Assembly (NCBI GenBank): GCA_002269645.1
Contig: NIVC01002240.1
Location: 1-64,000 of the forward strand
Length of the DNA: 64,000 nucleotides
Source: Macrostomum lignano
Lineage: Eukaryota
Direction: 5' to 3'
The notes beneath the pieces are model-generated. The model was not told the origin of the DNA. It worked only from the letters and a program-made list of their open reading frames with translations, and did not search any database. Each line of letters starts with the position of its first letter. The first letter of the stretch is position 1. Made by a program: the position numbers and the translations under genes. Of this stretch, positions 12,496 through 25,079 are shown piece by piece.

Positions 12496-15400
12496 ATGTA
12501 TACGATGTGCGTTGCAGATTCACTACAAGTCACCATCATGGATGATTTTTTTCGGCTGCTTGCCTCTATGTCAGCTGATAGTTCAGAGCTATCGGAAAAT
12601 ATTGTAAAACAGCACAGTAAAATGCTGGAAAAAATGAAATCAAAAATGGAGCGAATGGAAAACCGTCTGCTAAGGTCCAAAAGTCTTCCAAAAGAGGTTC
12701 GGAAGTTGATTGTAGCAGCGAGAATAGGGAATCATTCTAAGTGTTCAGGAATCTTAGTAAAAGGCACAGACGTCAATAGCAGAGGAGCCAGCAATGAAAC
12801 GGCTCTTTGTGCAGCAGCCTCTGGTGGACACTCAAACCTGTTAAATTTGCTTTTGGAGTATGGCGCGGATGTCAATGCTTCAGATGATGATGGGGACACT
12901 CCTTTGATGTATGCCGTCATGGCTGACGAACTAGGTTTCATCAAGTCCTTGGTAACCATCTGTGCGGATAAAGTTGATATCAATGCAAAGAACAAGTCTG
13001 GTAAGACAGGAATTGAGATGGCTTTTAAATCAGGAAAAGAGAAGATAGTGAAATTTCTCTCGCAAAGGAACGCAAAATTTGATTGCAAAGAAAAACAAAA
13101 AAGACGCTTTTTAAGTACGCGGAAGAAGGCAAAACGTATTTCATTAAGTTTTGGTTTGAACAACATTCTGCGCGTGAAACTGCAATAAACATGACTTGGA
13201 GGTCGCGTACCTTGGCCTTGGTTGCGGCTCTTAATGGCAAACTGAACGTTATAAAAGTCCTGTACGACAATGGTGCCAACTTGGATATCCCCGACGAGGA
13301 CGGCGACACGCCTTTATTTTGTGCCGCACAGAACGGATTCAGTGAAATTATTAGGTTCCTCGTGAGTAAAAATTGTGATGTGAATCACAGAAACAAGACG
13401 GGCAGAACTCCAATTTCGGCAGCCATAGGAAGTAGAAACTTTGAAATCGCTCGCTACTTCTACGATCACGGAGCCAGACTAACAGTTGTTGACATGGAAA
13501 AAATTTCCCTGTTGCTATTGTCAGTAGCCTCTGGTTCAACTGAGTTATTTAAATTTATGTGTGAGCATCTTCCAGAAGAAAGTCTGCAATTCGACGAAGT
13601 TACAACGGACGGCGAGACATGCCTTCTTGCGGCGTCCCAAACCAATAACGTTGAAATATTTAAGGCCATATTGGCGAAAAAAGTGGATTTCAACCATAGA
13701 AACAAACATGGCATGTCAGCAGCCTTGCGAGCAGCACATAATAATCAGCTTGAGATGGTGAAACTGCTGCAGGAGTTGGAGCCAACCTAGATCTACCAAA
13801 CAATGGCAACCAGACGGCGATTCTTTCTGCCGCCCAACAAGATAACATGCCTCTATTAAAACTTTTGGTAGATACTAATCGGTGCAACATTCACGTTCAA
13901 GACTACAATGGAGAGACACTTGTTTACCATGCAGTGAAAAATCGTGACATAGAAATGCTTTGCTTTCTGATCGAGTCCGGAGCCCCGATAGATGAAGCTG
14001 ACGTATGTGGCAACACTCCATTTATTGTTGCAGTTCATGATGACTGCATTGAAGCAGTACAAAGGTTGGTTGAAAAAGGCCGAGTAAATTTGAACAGGAG
14101 AAATGCCAAAGGACACACAGCAGTTCTTCTAGCAGTAAACAATGAGTCAGAAAATATGCTGAAATATCTCCTTGGCCTAGGTTGCGAAAGTGACATAAGT
14201 GACAGATCTGGCGATACGCCCCTTTTGCTTGCGGTGAAGAAAAAGAATTACAAACTGGCAAAGCTTCTTACAACACAAGAGAACAAGGAGTGCGATTCGA
14301 ACACTGCCGAAACGAAGACACGAAGTTCCTGCTTGCATGCATCAGCAAAAGCCACGAATCCTGCTTTTATCAATCTTCTAAGCCGAATAGGTGCGAATCT
14401 GGACATGGTGGATAGTGAGAGGAACACACCATTCGCAAAATCTGCTAAGAAGGATTCTGCTTACCTAACTATACTTTCCGCGAAAGGTGCAGATGTCAAC
14501 AGACGAAATTCTAGAGGTCAAAATGCAGCGCATTTGTGTACATTCCAAAAGATGAGCAATCTTGTAGTTCTTGAGGCCTTAGGCTGCTGTATTGATGTCG
14601 AAGATTTTGAAGGCAATGCTCCAATTCACCTGGCTGTAAAAAATAGAGAATTATCCAGCGTAGAATTCCTGATCGAACAGGGCGCTGAAATCGATTTTCC
14701 CAACCGAAAGGGCAATACGCCCATACATTTAGCCTGCAAAAAGGGTTCGAGCGTTATATGCGAAAGTCTTCTTGAGCAAAATGCCAAGTTGAAAACAATG
14801 AACAATCGCAAGCAGACCGAATTGATGTTGGCCTGCACGTCCAGAAATGAAAATATAGTTAAAATTCTTCTAATGCGTTACAGTAAGGAGGAAATTAATC
14901 TACAAGATATATTCAGAAGGACTGCATTGCATTATGCTGTGAAGTCGAAAAGCGAAAACGCCGCGAACCGCTTGATCGAAGCTGGTGCAGATGTAAACAT
15001 TCTGGATATTGATGGTCTCGCACCTATTCTACTTGCAGCTAAAACAAGCCAATGGAACGTTCTCAGTAGGGCTGTAGAAAATATCGATTCGAATTTATTG
15101 CTCAAATCAAAGAATGGAGAATCAATAGCACACTTTGCAGCCTCTAACTCAAGCATTGAGACTCTGAAAAAGCTCAAAGAGAAGCTAGTACCACTGACGG
15201 AACTAACTGAAGAAAGTGAGTCCTGTCTAACTCTGGCTGCCACTGGCGGATCAATAGAAGTTTGTGAGTTCCTCATTTCTGAAGGAAATCAAGTCAGTCA
15301 CTGTAACAGAAAAGGCGAGAATGCAATTTGCAAGGCTGCTAAAGCAAAAAATTCTGAGCTGTTTTTCCATCTGGCTACTTGCCACAGAGCGGATTTTCTG

Positions 15401-17913
15401 CTCAAGGATGAAAACGGCAACAGTAGCCTCTACTATTTTCTAGACGGCTCCGAGAGCCTTGATCATTCTGCCATATCAGAACTCCTTCTGGACGTTGATG
15501 AACAGAACCTAATCGATCTCAATTCACAGGGATTCGGACTCTGTCATATGGCAGCCAAGAAAGATAGCGTCAAGCTCCTTCGCGAGCTGCGGGACCGTGG
15601 ATGGGATCTGAGTAAAACTACAGCAAGTGGCGAAACTTGTATCACTCTTGCAGCGAAAACCAGCGGATCAAAGGCACTGAAGTTTCTACTTGAACTCTCT
15701 CGTAACAAGGACGCAATGGAACCAGAGCTTTCCAAAAGTAAACAAGAGCAAGAGAAGGCTTTTCGAATTTGTGCTGAACTAGGAAAGATAGAACTGACTG
15801 ACGAGTTATTCAGTCGTGGTGTTAATGTCAACGCCACCGACGAAGAGGGCAACACTGCTTTGATGATAGCTTGTCAGCACAAGCAGAATGACTTTGCCTT
15901 AAGCCTACTTTCCAGGGAATCGATACCTCGAGTTGATGTGGATGTAAAAAACCAAAACGGATTCTCTGCACTTCATTTTGCCAGCAAGAATCAGCTTACT
16001 GATTGCGTTGAAAAGCTGCTCAGCCTTGGAGCCAAAACTGACTCTGGTAATTCCGAAGGTTACACCTGTCTACATGAGGCCGTGAGGGGCCCTGACTCGA
16101 CTGACGTTGCCGAACTACTAATAGATTCTGGCTGTGATGTTAATCAGAAGACCTCTAGCGACGAGACAAGTTTATTGTTGGCACTTAAAAAAGGAAGTAA
16201 GAAATTGACTAAGTTTCTGATTAGTCGAGGAGCAAGAGTGGATGCAGAAAAAGTTCCAATATCTTTGGTGGTAAAAAAGTTCTTGTCGCAGGGCCGAAGA
16301 GAAATCATAACTTGGCTACTCAAGCTCGAACCAAAGCTGGATGTAAACAAAGTCGATGCTGATGGCCGTCATGTACTTTTTGACGTCATCGACCATGGAG
16401 CGGAAGAAATCCTGAGGCTTTTCATTTCTAGTGGAGCCGATATTGACTGCGAAGACAAACGTAGTGTCACACCATTTCTTCACGCTTTAGCAGTTGGCAG
16501 AGAAGATTTAGCAAAGGTATTGCTTGAACGAGGTTGCAACACTGAGAAACGAGCGGCCAATGGATTTGATTGTGTTTTGGCTGCTGTCTCTACGAGGCGT
16601 CTCTTCACTCTAAAATGGTTGTTTAATCATGTATCCGGACTAAACAGTCGTCCACAAGCAGAGATCAGAGGTAAAAATGCGTTGCACTTTTGCTGCCAAA
16701 TTGGACACCCACAGATGTTTAAACTGCTGCTTGAGAATGGCTTCGATCTGAACAAACAGTGCGATATTGGCTGGACTCCCATAGACTACGCGATAGCCGA
16801 AGGGCATCTGGCGATTATAAAGGCAGCAGATGCAATACAGAACAGGACCTTCTTGAGTAGATACGAACATCATGCAAACACGGCAAGTGATGTACCGTCA
16901 CCTTTCGCTAAAGCTGCTGCTAACGGCTATGAAAGCATATTCAAGTTTCTCCATTCAATCGGTGTTAACTTTGAGGGCATAGCCGATACAACCATTCCGT
17001 TTGCGTGTGGAAATGGACAGCAGCACATCATTAAATTTCTTCTTTCCGTTGGAGTTGATATCGAAGCGTATAAGAATCCAAAAAATGGCCAAACGGCTCT
17101 TCTTACAGCCATGTATTCGGGTGATTTGCACTTGATTAGCTTCCTTGTTGACAAAATTAGGTGTGACATTCGAGCTGTCTGTCATAACAGAAACACTGCT
17201 ATTCAAGGAGCAGTCACTACGAACCAAGAAAGAATCCTGAATTATCTCATTAGCAAGGGTGCACTAATTGACGAACCGGATGCCGAAGGAGACACTCCTG
17301 TTCTTGAAGCAGCACTTCTTGGACACCAGCGTATGCTAGACATCTTATTAGACCACAACTGCAACATAAAGAGGCTGAATAATCAGGCTCGAGGTGCTAT
17401 TCATATGGCTGTTATAAAAAATGACAACCCAGAAATGCTCCAGTTCCTAATCGATAAAGAAATCCCCGCGAACGGCAGGGATGAAAAAGGCAACACTGCC
17501 TGCATGATCGCCAGCTACCAAGGTCACCAAAAATCAGTAAAGCTCCTGCTTGAGCACGACCGAAGCCTCGGAAAAGAACGAAACGCAGACGGTTCAACGC
17601 CAGCACTGCTGGCCGCAATGAAAGGCAAGCATGAGGTTCTTCAAGTTCTGGCAGAAAATGATTGTTTGGAAGCTAATGACGTAGACAACGATGGCAGCAC
17701 AATCCTGATGATGGCCATTCAGTCCGGCTCTGTGCCAACAGTAAGAATGCTTCTGGAAACGGGTGACTGCAACACAACTGCTGTGAACAACAATGGGATT
17801 GGCGTTCAAACGCTGGCGACGCAGTGTCGCGATGAAGCGATGCTGGAGCTACTGAGGCAGTTCGGTATTGAAGGCCAACTGGCAGAGGCTGAGGCAACTG
17901 AGGCGCAGCAAAC
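12496..17913 (+). CDS. Giant ankyrin-repeat protein, main exon (~1800 aa, roughly 40-50 ANK repeats, short N-terminal coiled coil)
   Basis: Three track ORFs (12496-13188, 13083-13790, 13847-17917) join into one frame if one A is added to the A6 run at 13097-13102 (QKKTLFKY) and one G at ~13777 (ELGANLDLPN). Recurrent ANK consensus such as GDTPLMYAV, GNTPIHLAC, GFSALHFAS, GWTPIDYAI. Possible acceptor GTTGCAG near 12517. Donor AC|GTAAGA at 17914. Confidence 0.85.
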
Positions 17914-18002
17914 GTAAGATTTTTTATTTTTGCCAAACTGTACTATCAATTTCCCGCTGTTATTCTTATTCCGATAGTAATTTTACCTATCTTAATTTTA
18001 CC

Positions 18003-18358
18003 GGGGCCGTAGCCCAGCGGTAGCGCAGCTGCTCTGGTGTGCCAGCGACCCAGGCTCGATTCCAAGTGCAGTCACATTAATTTGGGGCTGAATTGGAATC
18101 TCGGCTTGGCTCTTCTCGTGCAATTAACGGCCTTGAGAGTCAACCCCCCAAGGCGCAGTGAAGTGTACATGCCTAACGATAAAATAAAGTTAGGGCCGCT
18201 GTACACTCCTGTGTGAGTGTGTGCCTGCGTACGTATCCGCGCGCTTGTATGCCTGCTCAGGGGAGTCGGCGGAATGGGCAGCAATGCCTCTCACCGGTTG
18301 TGTGCCTATGTCGTTTAAAGTGCGCCAGGGTGCACACAACCCCATGCCTGTAATAAAA
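18003..18358 (+). mobile_element. tRNA-derived SINE, copy 1
   Basis: Head GGGGCCGTAGCCCAGCGG (A-box-like) and GGCTCGATTCC (B-box-like), no acceptor-stem complement, AATAAAA tail. A near-identical copy lies on the minus strand at 26881-28130. Confidence 0.8.
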
Positions 18359-18599
18359 TTTTTTTTACCCAAGACTTAAGGGTCTTATTTTGTTAGTAAG
18401 TGTCGTTCATTTAAAAAGAATTAACTGTTGTCTCGGATCAAATGCTCGATATTCGTAGTTTGTAATTAAATAAATTCGCTGGATTTATACAATAACCCAA
18501 TTGCAGGAGTACCGTTGGGCATCCGATAGAACTGCTGATTTTTACCCCGGACACGTAAGTTTAAACCAGACGTAGCTAATGAGATGAATATCTTGCGCT

Positions 18600-18835
18600 A
18601 CGGTAAAGCAATTAGCAATTGCGGTACAGCGGATGCGGTAAAGCGGATGCGGTAAAGCGGATGCAGTGCGCACTGTGGCAAAGCGGATTGTGCCTAGCAC
18701 AATTCTTTTAAAGATATATATATGCTGCGGATGGACCATAGACAAAAAGCTCAAAGCGGCGGCAGAGGCGGCGGTGCCTAGCACAATCTTACTAGAGATA
18801 TATATATTAACCCGGTAGCTATAGTATACGGCTGG
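18600..18835. repeat. Cluster of short direct repeats, palindromes and (AT)n upstream of the Rep cassette
   Basis: GCGGTAAAGCGGAT repeats; perfect palindrome CAGTGCGCACTG at 18664-18675; hairpin ATTGTGC-CTA-GCACAAT at 18687-18703, partly repeated at 18774-18787; each hairpin copy is followed shortly by GATATATATAT. Confidence 0.7.
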
Positions 18836-18948
18836 GCTGCTCATTCATTTTTTCTGCATTATTGCCCACGCGCGCGTCCGACCGTTGTTAGCTGCAGCGA
18901 GCATCCAGCAGCCAGCGAGCAGCTGATTACGATAATAAAATATAAAAG

Positions 18949-19542
18949 ATGCAAAGTCCTCCATGGCCCGGCGATAGCCAATACGCAACCGCGGACGAGA
19001 TGGCGGCCGTCCTCCTGGAAGCCTGCGAGCAGGTTGACGCTGCTGAAGCCGCGGCCGCCGCCGCCGCCGCGGCCGCGGCCCCATCGACTGTTCCAAAGCG
19101 GCAAGAAGACGCGGAGCGGGCTGCACTAGAGGCCGACCTCTTCACGCTGGAGGCGGCGGATGAGCAGGCTGATTGCGTCATCACTGGGGTCTTCGTACCA
19201 GACAGCGACGAAGACGACGAGGCAAGTGGTCGCCTGCCATTATTCAAGACTGAACAGCAGAGTCAGCAGCAGCATCATCAGGAGACAGCGGCTGCAGTCG
19301 CTGCAAAGCCGGAACTAAAACGACAGCCGAGAATCGGGTCAGCTGGCATCAAGCCGGCGATAACGAGTCGCTGCTTCGTATCCCGAAGTGGCACGGCCGC
19401 GTCGCTAAGCGCCGCTAAGCAGCAACAAGGGCCGACACCGCCAAAGCGCCATTGTCAACGCCCGATAACGGCGGCGAACGCGCTGCCATCGTCGCCCTGC
19501 AGTCGCAGCAGTTCGATCCTATCGCCAGGTAGGAGTCGTTGA
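18949..19542 (+). CDS. Orphan ORF A of the intronic cassette (acidic, poly-Ala/Gln N-half; basic Ser/Pro C-half)
   Basis: 197 aa ATG-initiated ORF preceded by AATATAAAAG. GC-rich coding-like composition. Possible donor CAG|GTAGGA near 19529. No recognisable domain. Confidence 0.45.
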   Translation: MQSPPWPGDSQYATADEMAAVLLEACEQVDAAEAAAAAAAAAAAPSTVPKRQEDAERAALEADLFTLEAADEQADCVITGVFVPDSDEDDEASGRLPLFKTEQQSQQQHHQETAAAVAAKPELKRQPRIGSAGIKPAITSRCFVSRSGTAASLSAAKQQQGPTPPKRHCQRPITAANALPSSPCSRSSSILSPGRSR

Positions 19543-19621
19543 ATGCTGCTGCTCAGTTGCTGAGCATTCGTTGTTGACCATCGATCCTTACACTTTTAGT
19601 TCATAGCTCATTACCCATATT

Positions 19622-20074
19622 GTGAAATTATTTGTCATTGTTCACAACAACCACCACCAATCGTCCACTTTGACGACAGGCTGTTCTATCCCGTCGGACA
19701 CTCGGTCTTCGCAGCCGCCGCCGCCGCCGCCGCCGCCGCCGCCTCCGCCGCCACCTTATTACTGCGGCGGATATACCGACGAATGGAGCGCCGCGGCCGC
19801 CTCCTACGAGACGGCTGCTGCTCACCAGCATCATCAGCAGCCGCAGCCGACACGGGACACCACGTCCAGGCTGCTCGTGCCTCGCATTCTGCTGCACCCC
19901 GAGGATGCCGTAGACGCCTCCGTTGCAGGCAGCAATGGACAGCTGGCGAATCGGCGGGCCTACCGCGGCATGTCTGTGCTCAGGATAGCCTACGTGAAGC
20001 AACCTGGCGCGCTCAAGATGATGTTAATGTCAGCCTGGAGTGAATGGGCGACTCAACTGGCCATCAGTGAGTAG
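19622..20074 (+). CDS. Orphan ORF B of the intronic cassette (poly-Pro in one frame; an overlapping poly-Ala frame is also open)
   Basis: 150 aa open frame. Donor-like GTGAGT at 20067 and acceptor-like TGTGCAG at 20157. True frame and start are ambiguous. Confidence 0.35.
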   Translation: MKLFVIVHNNHHQSSTLTTGCSIPSDTRSSQPPPPPPPPPPPPPPYYCGGYTDEWSAAAASYETAAAHQHHQQPQPTRDTTSRLLVPRILLHPEDAVDASVAGSNGQLANRRAYRGMSVLRIAYVKQPGALKMMLMSAWSEWATQLAISE

Positions 20075-20428
20075 CGTGGGGTTGTTGCCCTTTCCTATTT
20101 ATCTACTTACTTTATTAAGCATTGCTGTTCTTTTCTTTTTATATCATTTCTGTGCAGCTCCTATGCGCGATCGACAGCGCTGATTTGCCAAACTATTGCC
20201 ATAGACTATATGAATATCACAATTAATGATATATCAATGCCATTTATTGAATTGCCACGACTGCAACACTGCCATAATCGTATAATCCCTCTTCCCCCAC
20301 AATCCTCATCTGTCGCGCGCCTCCGCCCCCTCTCTCTCTCTCTGCATCATCCCATTTCTGAATAATATTGCGCCGTCTTCTTCTTCTGCATCTAATTTCT
20401 CAACTCGACGATCAACACACAAAAAACA

Positions 20429-21811
20429 ATGTCAAAAAATAGGCGTCACTAAGAATGAGTTCGAGCCATCCAAGACGCACATTGTCGATCCATATGCGCC
20501 CCTGACCGACGATGTTAGTCGGGAGACGTCAAGCATTCACGCATTTGTCCGCACCGCCGTCCTCCACACTAATTGCGACTTGGTCGGGCAGCTGCGTCCG
20601 ATTTTCGCGTCAGGCCGCGACGCGGACACCTTTGCTGTGCGCCGCTGGACGCAAGTCGAGATCAGGAGCGTCCGCAGCGTCGAAGCCGAGCTGCGCCGGA
20701 TAACTGCGCTTGACCCGGTATGCTGCACAATTAATATCGATGACAGCTGCTTGTCGCGCACCATCGTACTCTATCGTTGGGCGATGTCGTATCCGGTCGA
20801 GGCGGTGCAGCCGGATCTTGACGACCCCGTGCTAAACGCGGGCAATCCGATGTTGACAAAGCAGTCTTTAGACTACTTCAACAACATTCAACTTCTGCGT
20901 CGGATGAGGGCAGAGGCGCTCTCGGGTTCGTCAGGCTCGGCGGCCAGCAGCAGAAGGCACTGTGCGGTGTCTGCGAGCGGCCGCCAGTGTCGTTCCGTAG
21001 TAGCGCCGCCGCCGCCGCCGCCGCCACTTTCGCCGCCTGTTCCGGTCCTTCTTCTTCGTCGGAGGACGCGTGTCGCCGCCGCAGCAACGGCGGCAGCCAG
21101 AGGGTGTCGCAGCAGCAGCCGCAGCCGCCACCGCCGCTGCCAGACGAACTTGTGGTGACGCACCTGGGCAGCGGTCTGTGCGACGTACAGATAGCCGTGT
21201 GCCGCGCCATGCAGAGGGAGATGCCGCCGCCCACAATATATTTGTGGGGGCCTTCCGGAGTTGGCAAGACGGCCATGGTGCACCTGCACTTTGGCAGGGA
21301 GCCTGTGTTCGTGCCGGACTTGACAACAAGTTTTCCTTTCGACGGGCTGCGCTTTAACTTGCATAAGTGCATTTTTGTCGATGAATTCGATGCCAGCCGT
21401 CCAATTCCGGGTCAACTGCTGCTACTGTTCAACCGTGATAAGTTCACGATCAATGAGAAATATCAAAGCCACAAAAAAGAGCCATGGCCACACGCCATTG
21501 TTGTGGCGGGCCACGCGGCCCCAGGGCAGATCAGTCGGGACTTCTTGCGCAGGATGACTGCAGTCGTGCACATCCCGCATAATCTGTTCGACTGCGACGG
21601 GTGCGACGCCAGTCAAGGTCGCAGCGGCAGAGGACGCCAAGATGCGGCGTCGCAGGCGGCGAAGAAAAATGTGCAGCAGCAGCAGCAGCAGCAGATGCCG
21701 CCGCCGCCACCGCCACCGCCGCAGTAGCAGGAGCGGCTGTTTGCCGACGATGCCGCCGCCGTCGCCGAAGAAGAAGAAGAAGAAGAACGCGAAGCAGCCT
21801 ACTATTGTTGA
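20429..21811 (+). CDS. CRESS-DNA-virus-like Rep: degenerate HUH endonuclease domain plus SF3 helicase; endogenous, with two frameshifts and one in-frame TAG
   Basis: Helicase frame is open 20822-21727: IYLWGPSGVGKT (Walker A, 21248-21271), PFDGL..CIFVDEF (Walker B, 21371-21388), FTINEKY (B'), IVVAGH (motif C-like), DFLRR (Arg-finger-like, 21542-21553). Upstream frame: IGVTKN, SSIHAFV (20535-20549), VEIRSVRSVEAELRRITALDP, DDPVL. TAG at 21725 lies within a CAG run and the frame continues to TGA at 21811. Confidence 0.7.
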
Positions 21812-21843
21812 ATAGAAACACTGATTGATTGATTGATTGATGG

Positions 21844-22366
21844 ATGGATGGATGGATGGAGGACATTATCGTTATTGTGCCGGCGGCGGAGGTGGGCCAG
21901 TCGTTAGGGGCTGCAGTACTGCTGCAACAATTTAGTGAGCTGCTGCAGCACGTCAGATGCACATTGCCCACACTTCCCTTTGTTTCTTCTCTATCTTCTA
22001 TCCCTTCTATCCTCTTTCCCCTTCTCTCTCTCTCCCTCTCTCTTTGGCCCTTACTTCCCCTACTTTGTTGAGGCGATGCGATGCAGGTACCGAGGTTGTG
22101 CTGCAGGCAGAAAGGTACACCTGTTCTCGTGTTCCAGTGTTTGTGTGTGTTTGTTTTTCAGTTTGTTTCGTCGTCGTTTGGAAATCGACGTGATCTCAGC
22201 CTGGCTGGCTGAATGCAACTGCAGTGTTGGTTTTGTTTCTAAGGAGTTCGATGTGCATTTTTTGTCGCTTCTGTGCGCCAGATGGGGCCGCCTAAGCAAC
22301 CGTTATTTAAATATTTCGCCGCTTCTTCGCTATTGTATACCAAACCAAACCAAACAGCAAACTTGA
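21844..22366 (+). CDS. Possible small, perhaps spliced, ORF D at the 3' end of the cassette
   Basis: Short coding-like stretches (MEDIIVIVPAAEVGQSLGAAVLLQQFSELLQH; LEIDVISAWLAECNCSVGFVSKEFDVHFL) separated by pyrimidine tracts ending in AG. Confidence 0.25.
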
Positions 22367-22385
22367 AATCTGTGGACTATAATAA

Positions 22386-25035
<2,650 letters not shown>

Positions 25036-25079
25036 TAATACTATAAGTTGACCGAAATATTCTTCCCGTCATAATTTAG

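Noticed and set aside
13090-13105. Programmed -1 frameshift in the ankyrin gene at the A-run
   Set aside because: The in-frame heptamer is A AAA AGA, not a canonical X XXY YYZ, and the same single-base-loss pattern affects neighbouring genes.
18003-18075. Functional tRNA gene
   Set aside because: The 3' side cannot pair with the 5' GGGGCCG acceptor strand, and the sequence continues into a shared body with a tail and, in copy 2, a TSD, which indicates a SINE.
18949-20074. ORF A or B as a CRESS capsid protein
   Set aside because: Neither has an Arg-rich N-terminal arm or the beta-rich composition expected of a jelly-roll capsid; both look disordered. Not fully excluded without structure prediction.
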